DNA of 64,000 bases, from the NCBI GenBank assembly GCA_050949315.1, contig JBMNFL010000001.1:288001-352000 (forward strand), in the 5' to 3' direction. Position 1 is the stretch's first letter, and each line of letters opens with the position of its first letter. The translations under genes and the position numbers were made by a program. The notes under the pieces were generated by a model. That model saw only the letters and a list, made by a program, of their open reading frames with translations, did no database searches and was not told the DNA's origin. Below are positions 13,722 through 24,387 of the stretch, one piece after another. This stretch comes from Bacilli bacterium. Its GTDB lineage: Bacteria; Bacillota_I; Bacilli_A; RFN20; UBA1709.

Positions 13722-14987
13722 ATGCTAAAACTTGATGAGTTTAACTTAAAAAAAGAAGATAAAATTATCTGTGCCGTCTCAGGCGGTCCTGATTCCATGG
13801 CTCTTTTAGATCTTTTGGTGCAGGCCCATTTTAAGCCTGTTGTCTGCCATGTTAACTATCATAAAAGGGCGAGTAGTAAGCGCGACGAATTAATTGTTAG
13901 TGATTACTGTAATAAACATTCGCTTGTTTTTGAACTTCTAGATGTTAAAGAAAAGCAGCGAGGAAACTTTCAAAACTGGGCTAGGGAACTTCGTTATCAT
14001 TTCTTTAAAGAGATCTATGATAAAGTGCAGGCACAAGCTCTGCTTGTGGCTCATCAAGAAGATGATTTAATTGAAACTTATCTTTTCAAGAAAGCTAGGA
14101 AGAGTGTCGGCGACTATCTAGGGCTGGCTTCTAAAGAAGAAATCTTTGGCATGACTATCATTCGCCCCTTACTAGAGCAGCCCAAAAAGGCTTTAATTGA
14201 ATACTGCGTGTCACGGGGCATTCAATTCGGGGAAGATGAGAGCAACTTTCAAAAGAATTATACCCGTAACCGTATTAGACTGGAAATTGTTGAAAAACTG
14301 AGCGAGCAGGAACGAGCCTTTATTCTCAGAAATATTGAATTAGAAGAAAAAGCATGGCAAAAGAAGCGAGCCGAGGCTTTAGAAATTTTAATTGATAATA
14401 AGATCAGTGTAACTGCCTTCCTCAAAAAAGATGAGGAACAGAAACACTTGTTGTTATATCACTTTATCGTGCGCAATTGTCCGGATATCGCCCGCAGTGT
14501 TTCTACTAAGCGCCTTAAAGATTTAAGCAAACAATTAAGTTCAGATAAACAGAATATCGTCATCAAGCTAAATAACGAAAAATGTCTAGTAAAATCCTAT
14601 GATATTTTAGAAATTAAAGCTAGAAAAGTTGAGGGTTTTTCCTATCAGATTTCTAAACTTGTAGAAACTGATTATCCGCAGTTTTCTCTCCGTTTTAATG
14701 GCCCTAAAAAATTAGATGGCATCCATGTTTTTGAAAGTGATTTTCCCTTAACAATCCGCTCGCCAAAAGCCGATGATTATTTAAGTCTTAAAAGCGGACA
14801 TAAAAGTCTAAGACGCCTTTTTATCGACAAGAAAATCCCCGTAATGGAGCGGAAAAATTGGCCTGTTGTCGTAAACAGTAAAAAGGAAATTATCCATATC
14901 CCAGGATTATATCGTTTTTCGGAGCGAAAAACTTTGCAAAATAATCTATATGTGTTAAAATGTACTAGTCAAAAAGGAGAGGATTAA
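13722..14987 (+). CDS. tilS: tRNA(Ile)-lysidine synthase
   Basis: AVSGGPDSMALL, AR..RY, IRPLL, DESN and RNRIR motifs. Confidence 0.95.
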   Translation: MLKLDEFNLKKEDKIICAVSGGPDSMALLDLLVQAHFKPVVCHVNYHKRASSKRDELIVSDYCNKHSLVFELLDVKEKQRGNFQNWARELRYHFFKEIYDKVQAQALLVAHQEDDLIETYLFKKARKSVGDYLGLASKEEIFGMTIIRPLLEQPKKALIEYCVSRGIQFGEDESNFQKNYTRNRIRLEIVEKLSEQERAFILRNIELEEKAWQKKRAEALEILIDNKISVTAFLKKDEEQKHLLLYHFIVRNCPDIARSVSTKRLKDLSKQLSSDKQNIVIKLNNEKCLVKSYDILEIKARKVEGFSYQISKLVETDYPQFSLRFNGPKKLDGIHVFESDFPLTIRSPKADDYLSLKSGHKSLRRLFIDKKIPVMERKNWPVVVNSKKEIIHIPGLYRFSERKTLQNNLYVLKCTSQKGED

Positions 14988-14988
14988 G

Positions 14989-15525
14989 ATGTCTTATAAA
15001 ATCGAGAGGATTTTATTATCTCATGAACAAATCGTCAATCGTTCTAAAGAAATAGGAGCGCAAATTAGCAAAGATTATGCCGGAAAACGGCCCCTTTTAA
15101 TAGGGATGCTAAATGGAGCTGTTCCCTTTTTTGCCGAACTTATCAAACATATAGAAGGCGAGATAGAAACCGCCTTTATCAAAGCCTCAAGTTATGCAGG
15201 TCAAACCTGTAGCAGTAGTGGTTCTGTTGTCTTCACTGGTGATTTGAACTTACAAATTGCCGGTCGGGATATCATTGTGATTGAAGATATCGTTGACACC
15301 GGTTTGACGATCAAAACCGTCTGTGCTTTTATAAGAGAAAAAAAGCCTAAATCAATAGCTGTAGCCACGCTTCTTGATAAAAAGTCGCGGCGTTTAGTTG
15401 AAGTTGATGTCAAGTATGTCGGTTTTGACATCCCCAATGTCTTTGTCGTAGGCTTTGGCCTTGACTACGATGAACTTTTCCGCAATCTACCCTATGTTGG
15501 GGTTTTGGATAGCAGCAGTATATAA
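14989..15525 (+). CDS. hpt: Hypoxanthine phosphoribosyltransferase
   Basis: [10 protein letters not shown] and FVVGFGLDY motifs. Confidence 0.95.
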   Translation: MSYKIERILLSHEQIVNRSKEIGAQISKDYAGKRPLLIGMLNGAVPFFAELIKHIEGEIETAFIKASSYAGQTCSSSGSVVFTGDLNLQIAGRDIIVIEDIVDTGLTIKTVCAFIREKKPKSIAVATLLDKKSRRLVEVDVKYVGFDIPNVFVVGFGLDYDELFRNLPYVGVLDSSSI

Positions 15526-15533
15526 GGAGAAAA

Positions 15534-17501
15534 GTGATGAATAACCAACAAAAACCTAGCAACAAAAATAAAGCCCCTTGGTTGAGCTTTATCTGGCCAT
15601 ATTTATTAATTTTAGCAATTGCAGTCATAGCCGTTGTTACTTTAACCAATTCCAATACCCGCAACTCTTACACTTTCTATACCTATGATGAGTTCCATAC
15701 CGAGTTGACAATGGGAGATACCGAAGCCACTTCCTTGATAGTTTCTGAAAATGAAAAAGTCGTGACTTTTACGGGAACTTTTACTAGAACAGTCAATGGT
15801 GTTAAATCTAAATATTCCTTTAAAGGAACCCTACCAATTGTACCTGAAAGTCCCAATTATGATGGCGATATCGTTGAATTTTATAATTTTGTCAATAGCG
15901 CTACCTTTAAGGATGTCTTGCAGATTAAAAATGCTTTTGAAACCAGTATTTGGGGTTCACTGCTACTGACTTTGGTTCCCACTATTATTGTTATCATCGT
16001 CCTATTTGCGATGATGTCTAAACTCGGGGGAGCAGGAGGAGCAAATACCCGAGCCTTTGAGTTCGGCAAATCACCCGTTAAAAACGTTGATAAGAGCAAA
16101 GTACGCTTTGCCGATGTCGCCGGTTGTGAGGAAGAAAAAGCCGAAATGATCGAATTAGTTGATTATCTTAAAAACCCGCGTAAATACGCGCGGATGGGTG
16201 CCCGCATCCCTAAAGGTGTTATCTTAAAAGGTGCGCCTGGAACGGGTAAAACCCTGCTTGCTAAAGCGGTAGCCGGCGAAGCAGGTGTTCCTTTCTTCAG
16301 TATTTCCGGTTCCGATTTTGTCGAAATGTTTGTCGGTGTTGGTGCTAGCCGGGTTCGAGATATGTTTAAAAAAGCCCAGCAAAATGCCCCCTGTATGGTC
16401 TTCATCGATGAAATCGATGCGGTGGGTCGCCAAAGAGGCGCTGGTTTAGGTGGCGGGCATGATGAGAGAGAACAAACCCTTAACCAATTACTAGTTGCCA
16501 TGGATGGCTTTGAAGATAATTCTGGTATCATCGTCATCGCGGCCACGAATAGACCTGATGTCTTAGATCCTGCCTTACTAAGACCAGGACGTTTCGATAG
16601 AACTATCACCATTAATTTACCTGATAGAAATGGGCGCGAAGCTATTCTCAAGGTGCATGCGCGCAATAAGAAAGTGGCGCCAACCGTCAATTTTGCCAAT
16701 ATCGCCCAAAGAACACCGGGCTTTAGTGGTGCTGATTTAGAAAATGTCTTAAACGAAGCGGCAATTTTAGCCGTCCGTCAAAATAAAGAATTCATTGAAA
16801 TGAAAGATATCGATGAAGCGATTGATAGGGTCATCGGTGGACCTGCTAAGAAGAGTAAGGTTATGACCGAGAAAGAAAAACGCTTGGTGGCCTATCACGA
16901 ATCGGGACACGCCATCGTCGGTCTAAAGTTAGCCAGTGCGATGAAAGTGCAAAAAATCACGATTATTCCGCGGGGTGAAGCGGGTGGCTATGTCTTAATG
17001 ACACCTACTGATGATCGCTTCTTAACCACCAAAAAAGAAATGAAAGAACGGATTTCTGGCTTATTAGCCGGCCGGGTTTCCGAAGAGATCTTCTTTGAAG
17101 ATGTCACCAATGGTGCTAGTGAAGATATTGAAAAAGCCACTAAAATCGCTCGTATGATGGTCACTAATCTTGGTATGTCAAGTCTTGGACCAATTCAATA
17201 CGAACAACCACAGGGCAATGTCTTCCTTGGCCGTGACTACACCAATGTTACTCGCAATATTTCCAGTGAAGTCGCCTTTCAAATTGACCAAGAAATTTCC
17301 AAGATCATCAACGAATGTATGGAAAAAGCTCGTGAGGTCATTCTCAATAATAAAGATGATCTCATCTTAATTGCGGAAACACTGCTAGAAGTGGAGGTTT
17401 TAACCTACGAACAAGTAGTCTATTTACTTGAACATCGGGTCTTACCTGAAAAGAAAGAACCTCCATTACCTGAAAAGGAAATTGTTCCAGAAGCCGCCTA
17501 A
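15534..17501 (+). CDS. ftsH: ATP-dependent zinc metalloprotease FtsH
   Basis: Two TMs, [11 protein letters not shown] region and HESGH. Confidence 0.97.
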   Translation: MMNNQQKPSNKNKAPWLSFIWPYLLILAIAVIAVVTLTNSNTRNSYTFYTYDEFHTELTMGDTEATSLIVSENEKVVTFTGTFTRTVNGVKSKYSFKGTLPIVPESPNYDGDIVEFYNFVNSATFKDVLQIKNAFETSIWGSLLLTLVPTIIVIIVLFAMMSKLGGAGGANTRAFEFGKSPVKNVDKSKVRFADVAGCEEEKAEMIELVDYLKNPRKYARMGARIPKGVILKGAPGTGKTLLAKAVAGEAGVPFFSISGSDFVEMFVGVGASRVRDMFKKAQQNAPCMVFIDEIDAVGRQRGAGLGGGHDEREQTLNQLLVAMDGFEDNSGIIVIAATNRPDVLDPALLRPGRFDRTITINLPDRNGREAILKVHARNKKVAPTVNFANIAQRTPGFSGADLENVLNEAAILAVRQNKEFIEMKDIDEAIDRVIGGPAKKSKVMTEKEKRLVAYHESGHAIVGLKLASAMKVQKITIIPRGEAGGYVLMTPTDDRFLTTKKEMKERISGLLAGRVSEEIFFEDVTNGASEDIEKATKIARMMVTNLGMSSLGPIQYEQPQGNVFLGRDYTNVTRNISSEVAFQIDQEISKIINECMEKAREVILNNKDDLILIAETLLEVEVLTYEQVVYLLEHRVLPEKKEPPLPEKEIVPEAA

Positions 17502-17507
17502 AAATTT

Positions 17508-17532
17508 AAGGACGCCAGTAGGCGTCTTTTTT
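17508..17532 (+). terminator. Terminator after ftsH
   Basis: GACGCC-AGTA-GGCGTC followed by a T run. Confidence 0.85.
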
Positions 17533-17647
17533 AATGAAAATTAAAATTTCGATAGCATAATTTAAATTTTTAATACATTATTCTCAATTTCCTTGATAGA
17601 ATCGGTGTTTTTCTTAAAAAACATTGAAATAATCAAGTGGATATTTG

Positions 17648-17673
17648 GTAGTTTTTAGGTATTTTTTAGTAGT
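17648..17673 (+). repeat. 26-bp dispersed intergenic repeat, copy 1
   Basis: GTAGTTTTTAGGTATTTTTTAGTAGT; 24/26 identical to 26796-26821. Confidence 0.6.
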
Positions 17674-17746
17674 TCTGTTTCCTCGATTTCCTGCTTGTCT
17701 TAACTTTGCGGTTTTTGTATAATACAGACAAAGGAGCCGTTCATAA

Positions 17747-18088
17747 ATGAAAAGAGTAAAAAGATTATTTTTATCAACGTTTCTTACTTTACTACTATTA
17801 TTAATTTGTGCCTGTGGTCCTAGACTTAGTGGAACTTACTACATCGGTGATATCCAAACAGCGGGGACTTTTTATACTTTTACTGGCGATAATATTTCCG
17901 CTAGGTATTATAGCAATGGTGTATTGACACACAAAGAAGGGAAGTACTCGCTAGAAAAAGATCAAATTACCATCACTTTTAAGGAAAAAGATGGGGTAGA
18001 AACCACTAATACTTATAGTTTTAAAGAGGATAAGCAGGCAAAAACTATCACAATCGGCAAGATTACCTATAATAAGGAAATTCGTTAA
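17747..18088 (+). CDS. Small lipoprotein
   Basis: Signal peptide with lipobox ICAC; beta-rich LSGTY.. mature domain. Confidence 0.7.
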   Translation: MKRVKRLFLSTFLTLLLLLICACGPRLSGTYYIGDIQTAGTFYTFTGDNISARYYSNGVLTHKEGKYSLEKDQITITFKEKDGVETTNTYSFKEDKQAKTITIGKITYNKEIR

Positions 18089-18173
18089 TTTTAAAAGCTC
18101 TTTTTGACAAATTACACCTCGGTTGAAAGGGTTTGTAAAATTATTTATAATAATTAAAAAGAGAGGGTAAAGG

Positions 18174-18455
18174 ATGGAAAAAGAGGGGAATCCCACTATC
18201 TTAAAAGCTTTAGCGGATTCAACACGTCGCAAGATTATTGATCTGCTAAAAAAAGAGGGTAGACTAGCTGCTGGTGAAATCGCAGCCCATTTTCCTTTGA
18301 CCCAAGCTAGCATCTCTCACCATCTATCCGTTTTAGAAAAGGCGCGTTTAATAAGCGGGCAGCAAGAGGGAAAATTTATCTACTACGAACTAAATACAAC
18401 CGTCTTGGAAGACGTTCTTCATTGGATAATGAGTTTAATAGGAGGCAAAAAATGA
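18174..18455 (+). CDS. ArsR/SmtB family repressor, SdpR-like
   Basis: KALAD.TRR.I and SISHHL..L motifs; YELNTTVLED typical of SdpR. Confidence 0.88.
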   Translation: MEKEGNPTILKALADSTRRKIIDLLKKEGRLAAGEIAAHFPLTQASISHHLSVLEKARLISGQQEGKFIYYELNTTVLEDVLHWIMSLIGGKK

Positions 18456-19105
18456 CAAAAGTTATCTTAAAAAACCTGCTTTTTGCAGCCATAATTTGTT
18501 TAATATCCTTCATCATCACAATCTTGGCTTATCCGCATCTTGAAGAAGAGCTGGTTTTTGTGAGTTCTACCGCGCTTTCCAAGGAAAAAGCGGCTTTCAT
18601 TTTACCAATTCTTACTTTGGCCGCCGGCTTTTTACTTTCTTTTTTGCCTCTTTTTTATCAATTGATTGCTAAGGAAGAAAAACTGGTTAATCCAAACTCT
18701 TATCGCAATATCATCGTTATCAGTTGTTCAACTTTGCTTTTTATGCAGATATTTGCCCTTTGCAGTTGGCTTGATTACCATGTTTCTCTTTATAATCTCT
18801 GCCTGGCTTGCTTTGGCTTTCTCTTGCTATTAATCGGTAATTTTATGCCCCGTTTTAAAAAGGGCATGCCCTTAGCTATCTATAATCCTTGGACCATGAG
18901 CAATCCAAAAATCTGGCGTAAAACCCATCGTTTTGGTGGTTATGTCTGGCTTATTAGTGGCCTGGCTACCATTTTTATGATTCTCGTTCCTAAAGATTAC
19001 AATCTTTGGCTAGTTTTACTATTCTTTATCCTCTGCTTATTATTACCCAATATCTATGCTTACTTCTATCATCGTTATTTAATTAAGAGGAAAAAAGATG
19101 CTTAA
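18452..19105 (+). CDS. SdpI family membrane immunity protein
   Basis: GNFMPR and PWT.....W.KTHRFGG motifs; ATGA overlap with the repressor. Confidence 0.85.
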   Translation: MTKVILKNLLFAAIICLISFIITILAYPHLEEELVFVSSTALSKEKAAFILPILTLAAGFLLSFLPLFYQLIAKEEKLVNPNSYRNIIVISCSTLLFMQIFALCSWLDYHVSLYNLCLACFGFLLLLIGNFMPRFKKGMPLAIYNPWTMSNPKIWRKTHRFGGYVWLISGLATIFMILVPKDYNLWLVLLFFILCLLLPNIYAYFYHRYLIKRKKDA

Positions 19106-20063
19106 AATCGGGGATATTAGGCTTAGGAATCCTATTATTGCCGCTCCGATGGCGGGGATAAGCAACCTAGTTTATCGAGAAATTGCCGTCGAACATGGGG
19201 CCGCCTTAGTCTATGCGGAAATGGTCAGCGATAAGGCTCTCTGTTTCAACAATCAAAAGACCTACGATATGTTAAAAATAAGCCCCAATGAGCATCCTGT
19301 CAGTATGCAGTTATTTGGTTCCGATTTATCTACCATGGTCCAAGCCGCTAAAATTCTTGATAAAGACTGCGACTGTGATATCATTGACATCAATCTAGGT
19401 TGTCCGGTAAGTAAGGTGTTAAAGGCTGGGGCAGGAGCCAAGTTATTATTAGATCCACCTAAGACCTTTGAATTAGTAAAAGCAATTGTTAAAGCGGTTA
19501 AAAAGCCAGTTACCGTTAAACTACGTTTGGGTTTTGATGCTGAATGCATCAATGTTGTAGAAATGGCAAAACTCATGGAAAAAGCCGGTGTAAAAGCCAT
19601 CGCTGTTCACGCGAGAACGCGCTCACAGATGTATGGTGGCAAGGCTGATTGGACTTATATTAAAAAAGTAAAAGAGCAGGTTAAGATACCTGTAATCGGA
19701 AATGGAGATGTTTATAGTTTAGAAGATGCTAAGAGAATGTTAAAAGAAACGGGCTGTGATGCCGTCATGATTGCTAGAGGGGCCATAGGCAATCCCTGGC
19801 TTTTTAGCGCCTGTGTCGCATATTTTGAGGAAGGTAAGCTAATTCCACCCCCTACCCCTAAACAGCGCCTTGCAATGTGCCTAGAACACGCTAAACGGCT
19901 CAGTGTCTACTACGATAATGAAAGAATCGCCCTACATGAGATGCGCGGTTTAGCAACTTTCTATTTAAAGGCCTTCAAAGGCGCCGCCAAACTGCGCGGA
20001 GAGTTGAATCAAATCCAAAGTTACGAAGAACTTGAAAAAATCCTTGAAAAAGTCAAATTATAG
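19098..20063 (+). CDS. dusB: tRNA-dihydrouridine synthase DusB
   Basis: APMAG, DINLGCP, HARTR, NGDV and ARGAIGNPW motifs. Confidence 0.95.
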   Translation: MLKIGDIRLRNPIIAAPMAGISNLVYREIAVEHGAALVYAEMVSDKALCFNNQKTYDMLKISPNEHPVSMQLFGSDLSTMVQAAKILDKDCDCDIIDINLGCPVSKVLKAGAGAKLLLDPPKTFELVKAIVKAVKKPVTVKLRLGFDAECINVVEMAKLMEKAGVKAIAVHARTRSQMYGGKADWTYIKKVKEQVKIPVIGNGDVYSLEDAKRMLKETGCDAVMIARGAIGNPWLFSACVAYFEEGKLIPPPTPKQRLAMCLEHAKRLSVYYDNERIALHEMRGLATFYLKAFKGAAKLRGELNQIQSYEELEKILEKVKL

Positions 20064-20104
20064 ATACATCGTGTCACAAAGTATGTGTACAAAGGAGTAA
20101 ATTT

Positions 20105-21061
20105 ATGAAATTACTAAAAAAACTGTTGATTTTCTTAATTGTTATTGTCGTCATTCTTGGAGCGGGAGTTATAGTCGTTTCCAATATGACACCAGCCACC
20201 CTCGGACTAGCCGATACTCCCTTAGTTTCAGGTAAAACCTTAAGAGAAATGGACTTAGCCGATGTCAAAATTAAAGAGATCCTTAGATTAATTAAAGATG
20301 TAGCTTCCCCCGATGAAGAAAAAATCCTAGTAAATTCCCCTGATAATGAAACAGAAGAGCCAAAAGCGGAAGCTAAATTTGAGAAGAGCAGTATCACCAG
20401 CACCACTGAAGGTGAAGAGCCCAACTATCTAGATATTGTCAGTACTACCGTAACCTACGATAAAGAATATTTGCTTCAATATGAAGATACCACTTTAGCC
20501 TTTATTTTTAATAAAATCATTGAACAGGGCAGTGAAGAAGCCAGCTCTGTTGAAGATGATGCGGTCAAGTTTCTCTGTGATATGGATGCTTCGCTAAGCG
20601 TTTTCACCTTAACTAAATCCTCAACTGAGAGTGAAACGCGCACGGTTATCGGTATTAAAACCGCCTCTTTTGTGGAAGATATTGAAAACGCGCTAGGGGC
20701 TTTGAAATCCTTTATTACCATTCCTGAACGCATTTATGTCGTCAGCTACCTAACAGTTACCGCTGATACTAATGGCAAACTTGTCAGTACTCATAAGAAA
20801 ATCACTATCAATGATAGTGATAATGCCTTATCAAGTGCCATATTTACTGTTCTTGCTAACCAGATCTCTGGTGGTGGGGGCGATGATAGTGAAAAAACGG
20901 TCAATGAGTATATTGGTGATGCCTTAGAACATCTGATTTCTAATATGGGTAAAATTGGAACGGCCGATGTTGATGCCGATAAAGTCGTGACGGGAAATAA
21001 ACTTCTAGGTCCAAATGGCTTAGAAAATCATAAAGTAAATTTAATTACCAATACTGAATAG
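20105..21061 (+). CDS. Hypothetical membrane-anchored acidic protein
   Basis: N-terminal TM anchor, AAGGAG SD, own terminator. Confidence 0.7.
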   Translation: MKLLKKLLIFLIVIVVILGAGVIVVSNMTPATLGLADTPLVSGKTLREMDLADVKIKEILRLIKDVASPDEEKILVNSPDNETEEPKAEAKFEKSSITSTTEGEEPNYLDIVSTTVTYDKEYLLQYEDTTLAFIFNKIIEQGSEEASSVEDDAVKFLCDMDASLSVFTLTKSSTESETRTVIGIKTASFVEDIENALGALKSFITIPERIYVVSYLTVTADTNGKLVSTHKKITINDSDNALSSAIFTVLANQISGGGGDDSEKTVNEYIGDALEHLISNMGKIGTADVDADKVVTGNKLLGPNGLENHKVNLITNTE

Positions 21062-21088
21062 AGAGATACTTCGTATCTCTTTTCTTTT
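21062..21088 (+). terminator. Terminator
   Basis: AGAGATAC-TTC-GTATCTCT followed by Ts. Confidence 0.8.
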
Positions 21089-21150
21089 AATATATTCTTT
21101 CTTTTGAAAAAATGTTAGAATTAGTTACATAGAAGTAGAGGTAAGAAGCA

Positions 21151-21621
21151 GTGTCACTTTTTCAAAAGATTAAAAATCGTAAACGTTATGGGAAAAATGA
21201 TGATCCAATAGCCAAACGCGTAAGCATAATTTCAGGGGCTATTATCGTTATTTTAGCCCTAACTTTGCTTTTTGCCCCCAAACTAAGTGGTGTAAAGGCG
21301 AAACTAGATGATGAAAAAATCACTGTCAGTTCGCTTATTTATAAACACGAAATCAAATATCAAGATATTCAAAGTCTAAGCCTTACTACTGATTTGCCAA
21401 GTTCTAGCAAGGTTATGGGGATTAATTCACCCATTGGTGGCTTAGATTTAGGAAGTTATAAATGCAGTGAATATGGGACTTATAATCGCTTTACCTATAA
21501 TCAGGTCCCAGCTTTTATCGTGATAAAATACAATGATACTTACCTAGTTTTTAATCAAAATCAGGTAGATACAACCCAAAGCCTTTACCAAGACTTATGC
21601 GAGTTGACAAACTTAGGTTAA
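21151..21621 (+). CDS. Membrane-anchored bacterial PH-domain protein
   Basis: One TM; K.MG....LG.Y....YG pattern of the bPH_5-like family. Confidence 0.6.
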   Translation: MSLFQKIKNRKRYGKNDDPIAKRVSIISGAIIVILALTLLFAPKLSGVKAKLDDEKITVSSLIYKHEIKYQDIQSLSLTTDLPSSSKVMGINSPIGGLDLGSYKCSEYGTYNRFTYNQVPAFIVIKYNDTYLVFNQNQVDTTQSLYQDLCELTNLG

Positions 21622-21632
21622 GTTTTTATAAT
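21604..21632 (+). promoter_or_regulatory. Consensus sigma-A promoter for metK
   Basis: TTGACA-17 bp-TATAAT. Confidence 0.85.
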
Positions 21633-21653
21633 GATAGGGCAGACAAAAAACGA

Positions 21654-21756
21654 CTCTTATTAAGAACCAGTAGATGAGGGAATCAATGACCTGGTAGCAA
21701 CCCTTCATTAGAAGAAGGTGCTCAATCCCTAGCAAGCGATGCTTGAACAATAAGAG
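21654..21756 (+). ncRNA. SAM-I (S-box) riboswitch
   Basis: P1 CTCTTATT/AATAAGAG, P3 AGCAACC..GGTGCT, pseudoknot GGGA/TCCC; upstream of metK. Confidence 0.88.
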
Positions 21757-21773
21757 GAAGCAAGATTTACTAC

Positions 21774-21797
21774 AGGCTTCCTTCAGGGAAGTTTTTT
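21774..21797 (+). terminator. Riboswitch expression-platform terminator
   Basis: GCTTCC-TTCA-GGGAAGT plus T run; GCTTCCT can alternatively pair with AGGAAGC at the 3' end of P1. Confidence 0.8.
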
Positions 21798-21828
21798 GTT
21801 AAAAAAACTAAGGAAGGAGGTTTTTATT

Positions 21829-23025
21829 TTGAAAAGATTATTCACATCTGAATCAGTAGGACCAGGACATCCTGATAAAATTTGTGATCAAATATCCGAT
21901 GCTATCTTAGATGAATGTTTAAGACGAGATCGCAATGCTTATGTTGCTTGCGAATGTTTTATCACGCGTCAATTTTTGGTTATCGGTGGAGAAATAACTG
22001 GAAATATCGGGGAAATTGATTATGAGGGCATCGCCCGTACTGTCATTAAAAACATCGGTTATCACGATGAAGAGAGTGGTATAAATCCCGATACTTGTCA
22101 AATTATCGTTAAAATTCAGGAGCAATCAGCTGATATTGCCCTTGGAGTTAAACTTGAGAACGATGAAATCGGGGCTGGCGATCAGGGTTCCATGTATGGC
22201 TTTGCTGTCGCTGAAACCCCAACCTATATGCCACTGCCTATCTATCTTGCCCATGAATTAATGAAAATCACCGATGACAAACGGCGCAGTGGAGAATTCA
22301 AATGGGCGCTACCGGATATGAAAGGTCAAATTACTGTTGACTATGAAGATTATGACAATCCAAAAATTCATACTATTTTGCTGTCCTGTCAGCACCAGCC
22401 ATTAGATAGTGAGCAATTTCAGGCTTTTAAAAACTATATAAAGAATGTAATTATCAAGGAGTTAGTTGAGAAGAATCACCTAGAAGGTGATTATCGTGTG
22501 CTCATCAATCCTACCGGACGCTTTGTAATCGGCGGTCCTGCTGCCGACACCGGTCTTACAGGTCGAAAGATTATTGTAGACACTTATGGTGGTTATTCAC
22601 GACATGGAGGCGGGTCGTTTAGTGGTAAAGACCCAACCAAAGTTGATCGCAGTGCTGCCTATATGGCTCGCTATATCGCTAAAAATCTTGTTGCTGCAGG
22701 AGCAGCTAAAAAACTGGAGATCCAACTTTCTTATTCCATCGGAATTTCTGAACCAATTTCTGTTTCTTTCAAAACTTTTAAAACAGCGAAAGTCAGCGAT
22801 GAAATCATCAGTGAAGCAATTGATAAATTCTTTAAACTAACACCAAAAGGCATTATTGAAAGTTTAGATTTAAGAAGACCTATTTACCAAAAAACCGCGA
22901 CTTTTGGCCATATGGGACGAGAAGATTTAGATTTGCCTTGGGAAAGGTTAGATAAAGTCTCAGCCCTTAAAAGCTTTTTTAAAGAAGCGAAAAAGAATAA
23001 TAAGTTTATTAATAAAACAACTTAA
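21829..23025 (+). CDS. metK: S-adenosylmethionine synthetase
   Basis: FTSESV..GHPDK, GAGDQG and GGGSFSGKDPTKVDRS motifs; TTG start after GGAGG. Confidence 0.96.
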   Translation: MKRLFTSESVGPGHPDKICDQISDAILDECLRRDRNAYVACECFITRQFLVIGGEITGNIGEIDYEGIARTVIKNIGYHDEESGINPDTCQIIVKIQEQSADIALGVKLENDEIGAGDQGSMYGFAVAETPTYMPLPIYLAHELMKITDDKRRSGEFKWALPDMKGQITVDYEDYDNPKIHTILLSCQHQPLDSEQFQAFKNYIKNVIIKELVEKNHLEGDYRVLINPTGRFVIGGPAADTGLTGRKIIVDTYGGYSRHGGGSFSGKDPTKVDRSAAYMARYIAKNLVAAGAAKKLEIQLSYSIGISEPISVSFKTFKTAKVSDEIISEAIDKFFKLTPKGIIESLDLRRPIYQKTATFGHMGREDLDLPWERLDKVSALKSFFKEAKKNNKFINKTT

Positions 23026-23208
23026 AAACTACTAATTATATGCCATTTAATTGTTTTGTTTTACCATTTTAATTTAAAAAACTCTTATTTTTACGTTGGT
23101 TTTTCAATTTTAAACAAAAAAATGTCTTTTTTTACTTAAAAAGTCTTTATTCTCATAAACTAACTATGTTATAATTTAATCAGGAAAGGAGCTCTGACAT
23201 AATAATAT

Positions 23209-23736
23209 ATGAAATATCAAATTATTACTACCAACCGGTCGATTTCCAAGGCCACGGAGGCACGCATTTTTAAGAAACTAAGCGTAATTGAAAAGTATCT
23301 TCTGATAAAGGATACAACCGAATGTCGAGTCGTCATTAAAGATGTTCCAGATGGTCGCAAAGTCGAGGTAACCATTCCAACAAAAGTTGCCATTTTACGA
23401 GGTGAAGCCGTTGATCGCCAACTTTATGCGGCGATTGACAAAGTCATCGACAAAATCAGAGATCAATTAAGAAGGGCCAAAACCAAAATGGACAGGCGGC
23501 ACCGAGAAAATCTCGGTCGTTCATTTGATTTAGATGAGATTGAAGAAATTGAAGAGGAAGATATTCCAGTTAAAACTAAATCTCTCTATCTTGATGTTAT
23601 GGATTTAGACACAGCTATCGCTAATATGGAATTACTTGGCCACAGTTTCTACATTTATCGCGATGATGAGGAGAATAAAGTCGCTGTTGTTTATAAAAGA
23701 AACAATGGAGGCTATGGTTTAATAGAAGTTGACTAA
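23209..23736 (+). CDS. hpf: Ribosome hibernation promoting factor (long HPF)
   Basis: LYAAID motif and C-terminal MELLGHSFY..VVYKR..GGYGLIE domain. Confidence 0.9.
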   Translation: MKYQIITTNRSISKATEARIFKKLSVIEKYLLIKDTTECRVVIKDVPDGRKVEVTIPTKVAILRGEAVDRQLYAAIDKVIDKIRDQLRRAKTKMDRRHRENLGRSFDLDEIEEIEEEDIPVKTKSLYLDVMDLDTAIANMELLGHSFYIYRDDEENKVAVVYKRNNGGYGLIEVD

Positions 23737-23737
23737 T

Positions 23738-23763
23738 AAAACCCACCACTTGGTGGGTTTTTT
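23738..23763 (+). terminator. Terminator
   Basis: AAACCCACCA-CT-TGGTGGGTTT followed by Ts. Confidence 0.85.
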
Positions 23764-23826
23764 GTTATTTACTTTACGATTATTTTTAATTGAGTTATAA
23801 TTGTCTCGTATTTTAAAGGAGCCTAA

Positions 23827-24084
23827 ATGATGAAATATTCCTATAAAACAAAAGGAACCTGTTCTAGAGCCATCCATTTTGAAATTGAAGACGGTAAAGT
23901 CCACAATGTTCGTTTTGTTGGTGGTTGCAATGGCAACACTCAAGGCGTTAGTAAATTAGTTGAAGGTCTACCAGTTGAAGAAGTTATCGCTAAACTAGAA
24001 GGCATTCGCTGCTGGATTAAGAAAACCTCCTGTCCTGATCAATTAGCAAAAGCCTTAAAAAGCGTTAAAGTTGAAGAAGATTAA
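23827..24084 (+). CDS. TIGR03905/TSCPD domain protein
   Basis: GTCS, GGCNGN, GIRC and TSCPDQLA motifs. Confidence 0.88.
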   Translation: MMKYSYKTKGTCSRAIHFEIEDGKVHNVRFVGGCNGNTQGVSKLVEGLPVEEVIAKLEGIRCWIKKTSCPDQLAKALKSVKVEED

Positions 24085-24173
24085 TTAAAATCGTTCATTT
24101 GCTAAACAGAATTCTAAGCAAATACACGGTAAAAAGTTGATTTCTACACTTTCTTTGTTATAATTAGAGAGTA

Positions 24174-24368
24174 GCGTTGATTTAGAATAAGATTTTGTCT
24201 TTCTATATAGAGACCTGCTGATTGGTGGAAAGCAGGAGAAAGCTTAATTGTCTCAACTAAGGAGCTCAAGGTTAAGCCACCTTTATCGGCACAAAGCAAG
24301 GAGCATAGATTTTTCTATGAATCAGGATGGTACCGCGAGCAATCGTTCCTGAATAGGAACTTTTTTTA
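24174..24368 (+). ncRNA. T-box riboswitch (Leu specifier CTC)
   Basis: AGAGA and GGTGGAA boxes, T-box TCAGGATGGTACCGCG, terminator GTTCCT-GAAT-AGGAAC plus T run; CTC at 24252-24254. Confidence 0.9.
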
Positions 24369-24387
24369 TTTGTATGAGGTGGGTATA

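Noticed and set aside
16163-16699. 178-aa antisense ORF in ftsH (and similar shadow ORFs in ligA, dusB, leuS, coaX, parC, parE and tkt)
   Set aside because: Antisense or off-frame shadows of conserved genes, with no SD or family motifs.
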